Part shown: piece by piece, positions 18,618 to 28,114 of the stretch
How the letters are laid out: every line of letters begins with the position of its first letter
Position numbering within the stretch: position 1 is the stretch's first letter
DNA from: Gemmatimonas sp.
Lineage (GTDB): Bacteria; Gemmatimonadota; Gemmatimonadetes; Gemmatimonadales; Gemmatimonadaceae
Assembly: GCA_031414535.1 (NCBI GenBank)
Contig: JANNVQ010000005.1
Span: 115,331-179,330, forward strand
Length of the DNA: 64,000 nt
Reading direction: 5' to 3'
The notes under the pieces: model-generated
Databases searched by the model: none
Seen by the model: only the letters and a program-made list of their open reading frames with translations
What the model was told of the DNA's origin: nothing
Translations under genes and position numbers: made by a program

Positions 18618-19034
18618 TTAGGGCAGCATCCGCGCGAGTTCACTCGGCGCCGGCAGATGGCAGGACGGCGCGCCTCGCATGATCTGCTTCCGAATGCGCG
18701 CCACAAACTTGTACACGGGGTCCCGCAGGAATCGCGGGACAATGCGCCCGAGGCCGCCGAGCACGGCGTAAGCTCCCCCGAGATACGTGGCCGTCGCCAG
18801 CACGGCATCTGAGTAGATGCTCACGACTTCGCGCCCGTCAACGGTCTCCACCCAGAGCAGGGATTCTACAGTCTCTAAATACGGATGGCGCTGGCGCACG
18901 GCCTTCCCGGCCTCGCCATCGCGCGCGGCAAAGCGCACCGTGCCTCGGCTGGTGTCGTGCGTGAGGACGAACTGCACGGAGCGCGTGCAGAACCCACAGT
19001 CACCGTCGTAGACGAGGATTGGCGCGTTGCTCAT
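18618..19034 (-). CDS. DCC1-like thiol-disulfide oxidoreductase (DUF393)
   Basis: 'VYDGDCGFC' DxxCxxC motif; 'PRFLRDPVYKFVAR'. Confidence 0.88.
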   Translation of the reverse strand: MSNAPILVYDGDCGFCTRSVQFVLTHDTSRGTVRFAARDGEAGKAVRQRHPYLETVESLLWVETVDGREVVSIYSDAVLATATYLGGAYAVLGGLGRIVPRFLRDPVYKFVARIRKQIMRGAPSCHLPAPSELARMLP

Positions 19035-19747
19035 CGAAGCGCCGCGGGCTCGGAAAATCGCCCAGTGCGCAGGAACTCTACGGTGAGCTGCTGCACTTCG
19101 CGTTCGCGCATGATGAAGGTGTGGTTCGCCTTCACCACCACATGCGCCGTTTCACCAGCGAGGTGCGTTTCCTCGAGGCGCACCGTGCTGTCGTCGCGGC
19201 CAGCGATCACACCAATCTCTAGTCCGCTCAGCGGCGCGAGGAGCCGCACCGTCGCCACGCTGTCCGTGCGTAGTTCATCAATGGGCTCGAGCAGCCAGCC
19301 CACCAGCGGCGCAAAGCGATCAGCCATGCGAGACCCCTGATTGGGTGGCGCCAGCATCACGAGACGAGTCACACCGCTAGGCGGTTCGGGCTGCGAGACA
19401 ATCCAACGCACAATAATGTTGCCCAAGCTGTGTCCCACAAAGTGCACGCGCAGGTGCTCGGGCTTCCGCTTGGCATCGAGCTCGCGGCGCACGGCCTCGC
19501 CCAACTCCGGGATGGTGCAGCAGTACGAGGAGTAGCCGATGTTGAGCACGTCAAAGCCCGCCGCCACCAGTGCCTCTTCCATTGGGCGCATGGAGCGCGC
19601 CGTGCGTCCCATCCCGTGCAGGACTACCACCAGCTCACGCGCTGGTGCCGGAGCGAGACTCGCGGGCGCGTCCGTGTTCTCCTGCGCCCGCGCCATCGGA
19701 GCGAGCAGGAGCAGGGCAAGGCTAATCGCGGTCAGGCGGCGTAGCAT
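19031..19747 (-). CDS. Secreted alpha/beta hydrolase (esterase/lipase)
   Basis: Signal peptide; 'LHGMGR', GHSLG nucleophile motif, 'APPNQGS'. Confidence 0.85.
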   Translation of the reverse strand: MLRRLTAISLALLLLAPMARAQENTDAPASLAPAPARELVVVLHGMGRTARSMRPMEEALVAAGFDVLNIGYSSYCCTIPELGEAVRRELDAKRKPEHLRVHFVGHSLGNIIVRWIVSQPEPPSGVTRLVMLAPPNQGSRMADRFAPLVGWLLEPIDELRTDSVATVRLLAPLSGLEIGVIAGRDDSTVRLEETHLAGETAHVVVKANHTFIMREREVQQLTVEFLRTGRFSEPAALR

Positions 19748-19799
19748 TCTCGCAAAGTGTCCGAGTTGGGTCTATTGTTCCAGTGCCTTCTATATACAC

Positions 19800-20627
19800 A
19801 TGAGCCTAAGCCCAGATTCCCTCCTCGCCGCTGACGGCACGCGGCTGCAGCTCTACACCTGGCCCGGTGAGGCGCGGCGCGGCACGGTGCTCATCGTCCA
19901 CGGGCTGGGTGAGCACGCGGGACGATACGCCCACGTGGCCGCTTGGCTCGCTGAGCGGGGCTTTGCCACGCTGGCCTACGATCATCGCGGGCATGGGCGT
20001 TCTGGTGGGCCCAAAGGAGTGATTTCTGCGCCCACCGCTCTCGCCGATGACCTCACGACTGTGGTCAATACGCTGCGTCCCAAGGAGGGCCGCTTCATAC
20101 TGCTCGGGCACTCCATGGGCGGCGCCATCACGGCCGAGTTCGTGGCGAGGCGTATTCACTCGGCTGACGCGGTGATTCTCTCGAGCCCGGCGCTTAAGGC
20201 TCGACTCAGCTTTTTTCAGCGCGTGCAGTTGGCCATCGGTCTCGCGATGACACCGGGACTGGCGCTCAGCAACGGACTCGATGCCACAGGCATCGCGCAC
20301 GACCCGGCAACGGTGAAGGCCTACTTGGATGATCCGCTGGTGCACGACCGCGTCTCGGCGCGTCTCGCGAAGGCGATTCTGGATGCTGGAGACGTGGCGC
20401 TCGCCGCTGCGCCAAAATGGAGCACGCCGACGCTGCTTGTGTACGGTGGGAGCGATCGTCTTGTGGACCCTGCGGGGTCAGATGCCTTTGCGGCCAGCGC
20501 CCCTCGCGAGATTGTGGAGTCCAAGCGCTTTGCGGCGCTGTATCACGAGATTCTCAACGAAGGCGAGCTGGCCGCCCCTGTGTTTGCGCGCATCGAGCAG
20601 TTCCTCGATGCGCGCTGCCCTGCTTAG
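19800..20627 (+). CDS. Lysophospholipase/monoacylglycerol lipase family alpha/beta hydrolase
   Basis: 'VHGLGEHAGRY', 'DHRGHGRS', GHSMGG, 'YHEILNE'. Confidence 0.88.
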   Translation: MSLSPDSLLAADGTRLQLYTWPGEARRGTVLIVHGLGEHAGRYAHVAAWLAERGFATLAYDHRGHGRSGGPKGVISAPTALADDLTTVVNTLRPKEGRFILLGHSMGGAITAEFVARRIHSADAVILSSPALKARLSFFQRVQLAIGLAMTPGLALSNGLDATGIAHDPATVKAYLDDPLVHDRVSARLAKAILDAGDVALAAAPKWSTPTLLVYGGSDRLVDPAGSDAFAASAPREIVESKRFAALYHEILNEGELAAPVFARIEQFLDARCPA

Positions 20628-20654
20628 CGCCTCGCCGTCGCGTTAGGGCGCGCC

Positions 20655-22511
20655 TTAAGGCGCGATGCTGACCGCGCGATCGGCGATGCCGCCGCGCGTG
20701 CTCGTCACGCGCGCGTTGGCATTCACCGCCTGACCCTGCGGCGCACGCACGCGTACGGTGATCACCTTGGTCTCGTAGCCGCCGAGCCAGAACTCCTGCA
20801 CGCGCGGTCCAACGGTCCGAAGCCCGCCGCCTTCGATGCTGAGCGCATCAGCACGTACGATGTGCACGCGCTTGGCCTGCTCAAGGGCCGTGGGAATGCG
20901 GCCCGTGTTGCGCACGGTCACGCGGACTTCGTGCGTTGCGGAGTCGGACGGCGTGCCGCGTACGCGAGAGGTCTGCACGTTGGTGATCTCGACCTTCGGG
21001 AGGTCCATCGCCATCGCGAGGTTGAAGCGGCCCTGATTGCTGGCCCACTTCAGGACGGTCTCGGGCGGACCGTTCTGCGACCAGAACTTTGGGTTGGCAC
21101 CGCCAACTTCGACTTCGCCGAGTTCAGGGTGCATCACCTTCGTCCACATCTGGTAGCCGCGGCCACCGAAGGTCTCGTCGTTGTAGCGCAGCACTTCATA
21201 CTGATCGATACGGCCATCGCTGTTGTAGTCGCGCTCGCGGCCGCCATTCCAGATCTCGTCGCCGTACCAGACCTGGCCCATCTGGAAGTAGCCGAAGTCG
21301 GGGCCGTGTCCGAAGAGCGGCTCCGGACGCTCCTGCCCCTTCGGCTGGCCGCGCGTGCCGTAGGTCCAATACACATCGCCAGCGAGTCCGTAGCCGGTGA
21401 GTGAGTTGCCCACCGAATCGTAGTGCTGCAGCAGCTTCAAGTCGCTGGGGAATACGCACTCGCGCTCGAGGCAAGTGCTGGGCCCGCGCAGGTGCATCGG
21501 CACCGACGTATCCATCGAATTGGTAACGCTGATGTTGGGGTGCGTCACCTGCCAAAGGAACACCGCGCGCGTCTCAGGCTCCGAGAGCGGATACTCGCCC
21601 GCTCCGAACTGCGTCTGGCCGCGGCCCGTGGACTCGGCCATCGGTCGCCAGTTGTACGGGTAGTTACGATGCAGATCGAGTCCGCCCACGCCGTCTTCGT
21701 TGTAGCGGCCGTCCTTGTCGGAATCAATGCCCTCCGGGAACATGAGGTAGGTGCCGTTGCCAGCGCCCACCGCGCGCATCAAGCGGCCCTTCGAATCCAG
21801 CGTGTCCACGACGTGTGTGCCTTTGCCCGCGCCGACGAACTGCCGCATTTGGCGCACGTAGCCGTCGCCGTCGAGATCCTCGCCGGAGTCCTCGTCAAAC
21901 AGCCCATCGCCGTCGTTGTCCACTGGACGTACCGATGAGCGATTCGCCTGCGCCGTGAGCTTGTACAGGTCGGCGCCGTCGGGATTGTTGTTCAGGCGCA
22001 GGTACAGAACCTTTTCATCCAGCAGGCGCGTGATGTTCGCATCCTTGCCGTAGTTCTCAAGCACGTGCCAAGCGAGCCAGAGCACGCTCTCGCTCGCACT
22101 AATCTCGCCGGAGTGACGTCCGCCTTCAAAGAACGCCGCCGGCTTGTCGGTGTGCTTTCCCGTGGACTTGTTGGTGACAATCATCTGCCAGATGGGCTGG
22201 CCACCGAAGGACGTGCCTACCTGCACCAAGTCCACGAGCTCCGGACGCTCCGCCGCCCAGCGCTGCATCCAGTAATTGAGCTCGGCCGTGGTGTGGTAGT
22301 GCTCAAAGTCCATCACGCCCCACTGCTTGGGCTGCATCTCGGGATAGTTCACGAGGCGGAACGTGGACTGGCCGTCACGTTGCCCCGGAATGGTGAGCAC
22401 GCGGCGCACGGTGTCGCGCGGGGCTTGCTGGCCGCCTCCGCCCGCTCCGCCGCCCATTTGGGCTGCGAGCGGCGCGGCAGTGAGCATCAGGGCGAGAAGT
22501 GAAGCACGCAT
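20655..22511 (-). CDS. Secreted M14 family zinc carboxypeptidase-like protein
   Basis: 'HSGE' zinc motif, 'NPDG', 'DLHRNY', 'SEPETRA'; DxDxDG Ca-loop inserts; signal peptide. Confidence 0.85.
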   Translation of the reverse strand: MRASLLALMLTAAPLAAQMGGGAGGGGQQAPRDTVRRVLTIPGQRDGQSTFRLVNYPEMQPKQWGVMDFEHYHTTAELNYWMQRWAAERPELVDLVQVGTSFGGQPIWQMIVTNKSTGKHTDKPAAFFEGGRHSGEISASESVLWLAWHVLENYGKDANITRLLDEKVLYLRLNNNPDGADLYKLTAQANRSSVRPVDNDGDGLFDEDSGEDLDGDGYVRQMRQFVGAGKGTHVVDTLDSKGRLMRAVGAGNGTYLMFPEGIDSDKDGRYNEDGVGGLDLHRNYPYNWRPMAESTGRGQTQFGAGEYPLSEPETRAVFLWQVTHPNISVTNSMDTSVPMHLRGPSTCLERECVFPSDLKLLQHYDSVGNSLTGYGLAGDVYWTYGTRGQPKGQERPEPLFGHGPDFGYFQMGQVWYGDEIWNGGRERDYNSDGRIDQYEVLRYNDETFGGRGYQMWTKVMHPELGEVEVGGANPKFWSQNGPPETVLKWASNQGRFNLAMAMDLPKVEITNVQTSRVRGTPSDSATHEVRVTVRNTGRIPTALEQAKRVHIVRADALSIEGGGLRTVGPRVQEFWLGGYETKVITVRVRAPQGQAVNANARVTSTRGGIADRAVSIAP

Positions 22512-22643
22512 CGGGGGGACCCGGGGAGAGGGAATGAGGAGTGTTGAGCTACGCGCGAAGAATGTGATTCGTTTGCCTCCCGCACGCCAACAGGACATCT
22601 TCTTGCTCGTCCCGCATCTCTCACGTTTCTGCTGGAGTTCGCC

Positions 22644-23876
22644 GTGGCCGACGGTCGCAGGTCCTCAAAAAAGAAGTCGCTCACCTCAGAGCAGCTCACG
22701 CGCTCCATCGGCAATCTCGGACCGGCCGAGGCGGCCGACGCGCTCGAGGAGCTGGATCCGAAACTCGCGGCCGAGGTGTTGCAGAACATCAATCCCTCGT
22801 TGGTCGGCGACATCCTGCCCGAGATGGAGGATGACAAGCGCGACTCTATGTTGGCGGCTGCGCCGGAAGGCGTCACGAAGCAGTGGTCGCTCAACCTCTC
22901 GTTTCCGGATCACAGCGTGGGCCGCTTGATGGAAGTGCCGCCGCTCGTGTTCCGCCCCGAGGAAACCGTCGGCGCGGCTTCCGACCGGGTGCGAAGCGTT
23001 CCACGCTCGACCTTTTTCACCTACGCATTCGTACTCGACGCGGAGCGCCGCCTTGTTGGCGTTTGCACCATGCGCGACCTGCTTGCCGCCGACGACACCT
23101 CCTCACTCGGCGAGATCATGCTGCGCAATGTGTACGCGCTGCAGCCTGCGATGCCGTTGGACGAAGCGATGAATGCGGTTGTACACAAACACTATCCCGT
23201 GTACCCGGTCTGCGATGACGTGGGACGTTTCTTGGGACAGGTGCGCGGCGCCGCGATGTTTCAGGAACAGGCGGTGGAGATTTCGGCGCAGCCCGGACAG
23301 ATGGTGGGCGTCAATGAAGAGGAGCGCCTGCTCACGCCTTGGCCGCGCTCACTGAAGTTTCGGCATCCGTGGTTGCAGTTGAATCTGCTTACCGCTTTCC
23401 TTGCGGCCGGTGTTGTGGGCTTCTTCCAGCAGACGCTGGACCAGATGGTGATTCTCGCGCTGTTCTTGCCGGTGCTCGCGGGGCAGAGCGGCAACACTGG
23501 GTGCCAAGCGCTGGCCGTCACGCTGCGTGGCATGACGCTGGGCGAACTCGACGAGGGCGCGGGCAAGACGTTGGTGGCCAAGGAAGCCCTGCTCGGCATT
23601 CTCAACGGCTTCCTCGTTGGCCTCGTGGCCGGCGCGGGCATGTACTTCGTCGCGAGGGCGCAGGGAAATCCCGACGCGCTGCCGCTCGCTGGCATTGTTG
23701 TCGTTGCGATGATGGGTTCCTGCGTGATCAGCGGCATCAGCGGCGCGCTCATTCCACTCACGCTGCAGAAGGTGGGCGCAGATCCGGCCACCGCGTCGAG
23801 CATCTTCCTCACCACGGCGACTGACGTGGCGAGCATGGGCATGTTGCTCGGATTGGCGACGTTGTTGTTGATGTAA
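22644..23876 (+). CDS. mgtE: Magnesium transporter MgtE
   Basis: N-terminal helical domain, CBS pair, 'GNTGCQ', 'DPATASSIFLTTATDV'. Confidence 0.9.
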   Translation: MADGRRSSKKKSLTSEQLTRSIGNLGPAEAADALEELDPKLAAEVLQNINPSLVGDILPEMEDDKRDSMLAAAPEGVTKQWSLNLSFPDHSVGRLMEVPPLVFRPEETVGAASDRVRSVPRSTFFTYAFVLDAERRLVGVCTMRDLLAADDTSSLGEIMLRNVYALQPAMPLDEAMNAVVHKHYPVYPVCDDVGRFLGQVRGAAMFQEQAVEISAQPGQMVGVNEEERLLTPWPRSLKFRHPWLQLNLLTAFLAAGVVGFFQQTLDQMVILALFLPVLAGQSGNTGCQALAVTLRGMTLGELDEGAGKTLVAKEALLGILNGFLVGLVAGAGMYFVARAQGNPDALPLAGIVVVAMMGSCVISGISGALIPLTLQKVGADPATASSIFLTTATDVASMGMLLGLATLLLM

Positions 23877-23895
23877 CGCGACTGAGCCGCGGCGC

Positions 23896-25062
23896 TTATG
23901 GCGTCGCGGGCAGCACTCGCAGAACCTGGCCCGAGGGTGAATCGACCAGCACATACACGTAGCCGTCCGGCCCCTGCACCACGTCGCGGAAGCGTGCACC
24001 GAGTTCCCCGAGATAGCGCTCCTCACTCACCACGCGCCCCTCGCGCATCGTGAGCCGTACCAGTCCGCCAGGATTCAGTGAACCGATGAGCAGGTCGCCG
24101 CGCCATCCCGCGTAGCGGTCACCAGTGTAGAAGGTCATCCCGCTCGGCGCGATGACCGGATCCCAGAAGTACACCGGCTGCTCCATCCCCGCGCGCGCCG
24201 TGCCTTCGCCAATGGGAAGCCCCGTGTAATCGCGCCCGTAGGTGATTACCGGCCAACCGTAGTTCTTGCCCGGCTCAGGATGGTTGAGTTCGTCGCCACC
24301 ACGCGCGCCGTGCTCGATGGTCCAGAGTTGTCCAGTCTCTGGATGCAGCGTAGCGCCCTGTACGTTGCGATGGCCATAGCTCCAGATCTCCGGCTGAGCC
24401 GACGCGTTGCCGACGAAGGGATTACTGCCGGGAACAGTCCCGTCGGGTTGAATGCGAATGAGCTTCCCCATCCCCAACGAGAGATCCTGCGCCCGCTCGC
24501 GATTGCTGAAACGATCACCCTGCGTGATGAACAAGGCGCCATCCCGTGCGAACACCAAGCGCGATCCAAAGTGATTGTCGCCAGTCACCTTTGGGCGTTG
24601 GCGGTAAATCACCTGGACATTCTCGAGCCCATTGCCATTCAACTTTGCTCTCGCGGCCGAAGTGCCGGCTCCCCCTTCACCTCGCTCGGCGTAGCTGAGA
24701 TAAATCAGCTGGTTGCCCGCAAAGTCGGGATCCAGTGCCACATCGAGCAACCCGCCTTGTCCGTCGGCAAAGACTGCCGGAACGCCGGTGACCGGTGCTG
24801 AGAGAGTGCCATCACCCTCGACGATGCGCAGGCGGCCCGGCCGCTCCGTGACGAGCATGCGACCATCAGGCATGAAGGCCAGACCCCAAGGATGCTCAAG
24901 GCCGACGGCCACGGTGTCCACACGCAAGACATTCGGCGTGGACTGCGGTGTGGGCGATTTGATGGCCAAGGCGTCCGAATCGAGATTTCGGCTGCAGGCT
25001 GCTACGAAGACGGTCAGCGTGAGCAGCGCCACACGCTTCAGGATAATGGATTGCTCTGGCAT
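23896..25062 (-). CDS. PQQ-dependent sugar dehydrogenase (YliI/GSDH family) lipoprotein
   Basis: 'LEHPWGLAF.PDG', 'GQGGLLDV', 'SYGHRNVQG', 'EHGARGGDE'. Confidence 0.92.
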   Translation of the reverse strand: MPEQSIILKRVALLTLTVFVAACSRNLDSDALAIKSPTPQSTPNVLRVDTVAVGLEHPWGLAFMPDGRMLVTERPGRLRIVEGDGTLSAPVTGVPAVFADGQGGLLDVALDPDFAGNQLIYLSYAERGEGGAGTSAARAKLNGNGLENVQVIYRQRPKVTGDNHFGSRLVFARDGALFITQGDRFSNRERAQDLSLGMGKLIRIQPDGTVPGSNPFVGNASAQPEIWSYGHRNVQGATLHPETGQLWTIEHGARGGDELNHPEPGKNYGWPVITYGRDYTGLPIGEGTARAGMEQPVYFWDPVIAPSGMTFYTGDRYAGWRGDLLIGSLNPGGLVRLTMREGRVVSEERYLGELGARFRDVVQGPDGYVYVLVDSPSGQVLRVLPATP

Positions 25063-25146
25063 GCCTTTACCCTACTTTGCGGGACGCTTACGCGCCACCA
25101 ATGAATTTTGCAGATTCGCGGACGCCACTTTCTCTCTGAGTTCTGA

Positions 25147-27033
25147 ATGCTTCTTGCCTTGACGCTCTCGCTGGCCCTCGCCGCCGACACCATTATCTAC
25201 CCCGTGCTCAACCACGGGCGTCCGGCTGGCGAGATGCGGGTGCTGCGAGACGCGGATTCGGTGCTCGTGACTTACGCGCACGTGGATCGCCAACGCGGGC
25301 GGTGGTTGCAGACGCGCTACACCACGAACGCGGCGGGGGCTGTGATTGGCGCCGAGTCGCGCCCGATGACGCGGGAATACGTGGTGAGCGCGGCCACGGA
25401 CCGTTACCGCGTGGACGGGGACAGCATCGTGTTCACGCGAGCATTTGGGCCCGAAGGCCGCGCTGCGCGTGGTACTGGATTTTTCGCGTTAGCGAACGGG
25501 ACGCCCTACGACATCGCGCTTCAGGCCAAGCACTTGCTGGCGCAGCCCAATATGCGAGCCGCTGCGCTGCCACTCTCGGCGCTCGCGCGCTTGGAGATTG
25601 CCGCTGACACGGTCCTACCGACTACTCGAGGTGGTGTCCGACTCCGTCTGGCGGTCGTCCATGGTGTGGGGTACACGCCGCGCGCCGTGTGGATAGATGC
25701 CAACGGCGACTTTGCGGCGAGCGCGGTGGAGTGGTTCATCGCGGTGCGTCCAGATCTCATTCCCGCCATGCCGGCGATGCGGGCCATCGAGATTGCCTAC
25801 CGCGATCGCGCGGCGGCAGTGCTTGCCAGGCGGGTGAAGCCAGCCCACGAAGGTCTCGTCGTAATTCGCAATGCCGACGTCTTCGACAGCGAACGCGGCG
25901 TGGTGCTGCCCCAGCACAGCATCGTGATGGAAAACGGACGCATCACCGCACTGGTGCCGACGCGCGGATTCCGCGAACCGCGTGGCGCGTCCGTGATTGA
26001 TGCTACAGGCAAGACCGTCATCCCCGGTATGTGGGATATGCACTCGCATGTGTTTCTGACGACGCAGACGGATGCCGCCTACAGGAATTTGTCTTTAGGC
26101 GTCACGGGCATCCGCGACATGGCCGCCGATACAGACATTGCGACCTCGCTCATGCGGCGCGCCAACGCAGGTGCAATCCTCGCGCCCCACACAGTGCTCG
26201 CCGGGTTCATTGAAGGCCCACAACTCTGGGCTGGCCCATCCGATGTACTGGTTAGCACCGAAAATGAAGCGCGGAGCTGGGTGGCCCGCTACGACTCACT
26301 GGGCTACAAGCAGGTGAAGCTCTACAACCTCGTGCACCCAGATCTCGTACCCACGATTGTGGCCGAGGCGCGTCGTCGCGGCATGCGGGTGAGCGGTCAC
26401 ATCCCGCGCGGATTGTCGGTGGGCGCGGCCATTCGCCTTGGCTTCGATGAGATCAACCACGGCGCCTTTCTCTTCTCCACGCACTTCCAGGACTCGCTCT
26501 ACGTCCCGACCATGCGCGCCTACTCCAGCGTAGCTGCCATCGTCGCACCGAACTTTGACGTGGACGGCGCCGCGATGACGGCGCTGATCGCCGACCTTAA
26601 GGCGCACAACACCGTGGTGGACGGGACCTTCAACCTATGGTTGCGCGATTCCACCGGCGCCGACTCGCTTGAGGCAAAGCGTGCGAACCGCGCCTACCTG
26701 CGCTTGATCAAGCGACTCTACGATGCCGGCATCACGCTCGTGGCGGGCACCGACGGCTCAAGCTTCAATCGCGAACTCGAGCACTACCAGATGGCCGGCA
26801 TCCCCGCGCCGCAGGTGCTGCAGATTGCGACGCATACCTCCGCTCGCGTGATGGGCTTGCAGGCCACACACGGAAAGATTGCGCCAGGTTACGCGGCCGA
26901 GCTCGTCATCATCAATGGAAAGCCGTACGAGAACATCGCTGATTTGCGTCGCGTAGAGTTCGTCGTGCGCGGCGGCAAAGCCTTCACACCGGCCGTCCTG
27001 CTGCAGGCAGTGAACAGCTCCGCCTTCCCCTGA
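25147..27033 (+). CDS. Secreted amidohydrolase family protein
   Basis: 'PGMWDMHSH' HxH motif, 'SGH', 'AGTD', 'GKIAPGYAAELV'. Confidence 0.85.
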   Translation: MLLALTLSLALAADTIIYPVLNHGRPAGEMRVLRDADSVLVTYAHVDRQRGRWLQTRYTTNAAGAVIGAESRPMTREYVVSAATDRYRVDGDSIVFTRAFGPEGRAARGTGFFALANGTPYDIALQAKHLLAQPNMRAAALPLSALARLEIAADTVLPTTRGGVRLRLAVVHGVGYTPRAVWIDANGDFAASAVEWFIAVRPDLIPAMPAMRAIEIAYRDRAAAVLARRVKPAHEGLVVIRNADVFDSERGVVLPQHSIVMENGRITALVPTRGFREPRGASVIDATGKTVIPGMWDMHSHVFLTTQTDAAYRNLSLGVTGIRDMAADTDIATSLMRRANAGAILAPHTVLAGFIEGPQLWAGPSDVLVSTENEARSWVARYDSLGYKQVKLYNLVHPDLVPTIVAEARRRGMRVSGHIPRGLSVGAAIRLGFDEINHGAFLFSTHFQDSLYVPTMRAYSSVAAIVAPNFDVDGAAMTALIADLKAHNTVVDGTFNLWLRDSTGADSLEAKRANRAYLRLIKRLYDAGITLVAGTDGSSFNRELEHYQMAGIPAPQVLQIATHTSARVMGLQATHGKIAPGYAAELVIINGKPYENIADLRRVEFVVRGGKAFTPAVLLQAVNSSAFP

Positions 27034-27036
27034 GGC

Positions 27037-27423
27037 TTAGGCCTTCACGGCCGCGATGACGTCAATCTCAATCAGGAACCCGTGATTGAGTGAGGTCACG
27101 GGTACGACGGCGCGAGCCGGCATCTCGTTGCCCACCACGCGGGCATACACGGCATTCACGGCCGGCCACAGCGCGATGTCCGTGACGTAGACGTTAGCCT
27201 TGAGCATATGCGCAAAGTCGCTGCCCGCGGCGTGCAGAATGGCCTCGACGTTTCGCAGCGTACGCTCGGTCTGCTCCTCGATGCTGCCAAGGAGCTTCTC
27301 GCCACTCACCGGATCAATCGCGAGCTGGCCCGCCACATAGACGGTACCGTTGTGCACGGTGGCCTGCGCGTAGTGCCCCGCCGGTGTCGGCGCGTTCTTC
27401 GTGGAGATGCGGGTGATGGACAT
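27037..27423 (-). CDS. RidA/YjgF family protein
   Basis: 'GHYAQA', 'YVAGQ', 'PARA', 'IEID'. Confidence 0.9.
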   Translation of the reverse strand: MSITRISTKNAPTPAGHYAQATVHNGTVYVAGQLAIDPVSGEKLLGSIEEQTERTLRNVEAILHAAGSDFAHMLKANVYVTDIALWPAVNAVYARVVGNEMPARAVVPVTSLNHGFLIEIDVIAAVKA

Positions 27424-27435
27424 CGTTTGTATGTG

Positions 27436-27981
27436 TTAGTCCAGGTAGGGATCGGCATCGTCACGGTCGTGCGGATGCAGTTCCTTCCACATCCGACGAC
27501 GGCCCTTGGGCTTGGACGGCTTCGCCGTCACGGGGCCGCGCGGCAGCGCCGGACGGTCGCTCTCGGGTAAAAGATCCTTCACCATCTCTACCAACTGATG
27601 GCTCAGGTGCTGCCCGTACTTGTAGAGCGCAACCACGCGGGCGCGATTGCCCAGCAGGAACACGAGAATCGGCTTGTCTGCCTTGGCCGTGTTACAGGTC
27701 TTGCAGCAGAGCACGAGGTTATCGCGGCGGTCGTACGCGGTCTGACCGCGGCGCGGCGTAACGTGATCGAGCGTGATGGTGCGCTCGGGCACGATGCGCT
27801 CGCAGTAGGCGCAGATGGGCCCGAACTGCCCGAGCAACCAGTGACGCGTGTCTGTATATGCGGCGCGCCCCGTGGCCATGGACGTCAGCACCGGCTGCCG
27901 GCTCGCGGCACCTGCACTACCTCCGCCACCCCGACGTCGCCGCCGCTTGGGTGCCGCACTCTTCTTTGCCCGCCCGGTCAT
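27436..27981 (-). CDS. HNH endonuclease with basic termini
   Basis: CAYC ... 'TLDHVTPR' ... 'NLVLCCKTCNTAK'. Confidence 0.85.
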   Translation of the reverse strand: MTGRAKKSAAPKRRRRRGGGGSAGAASRQPVLTSMATGRAAYTDTRHWLLGQFGPICAYCERIVPERTITLDHVTPRRGQTAYDRRDNLVLCCKTCNTAKADKPILVFLLGNRARVVALYKYGQHLSHQLVEMVKDLLPESDRPALPRGPVTAKPSKPKGRRRMWKELHPHDRDDADPYLD

Positions 27982-28055
27982 CGAGCGTACCCCCCGTTCT
28001 CGGTCACTAGCATCGAAGGAACATAACGGCATAGCCCCCCGGACGCCCCGATTGC

Positions 28056-28084
28056 TTGACATTTAAAGCAATCCTCCGCACACT
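28056..28084 (+). promoter_or_regulatory. Candidate sigma70 promoter of the abm-like operon
   Basis: TTGACA at 28056-28061, 17-nt spacer, weak -10 CACACT; the -35 sits inside the imperfect palindrome GCTTGACATTTAAAGC. Confidence 0.4.
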
Positions 28085-28114
28085 CCCCCAGCCTTCCCTT
28101 CTGGAGTCCCAGCC

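Noticed and set aside
27436..27981. Restriction or anti-phage system built on the HNH gene
   Set aside because: No partner ATPase, methylase or defence-island context
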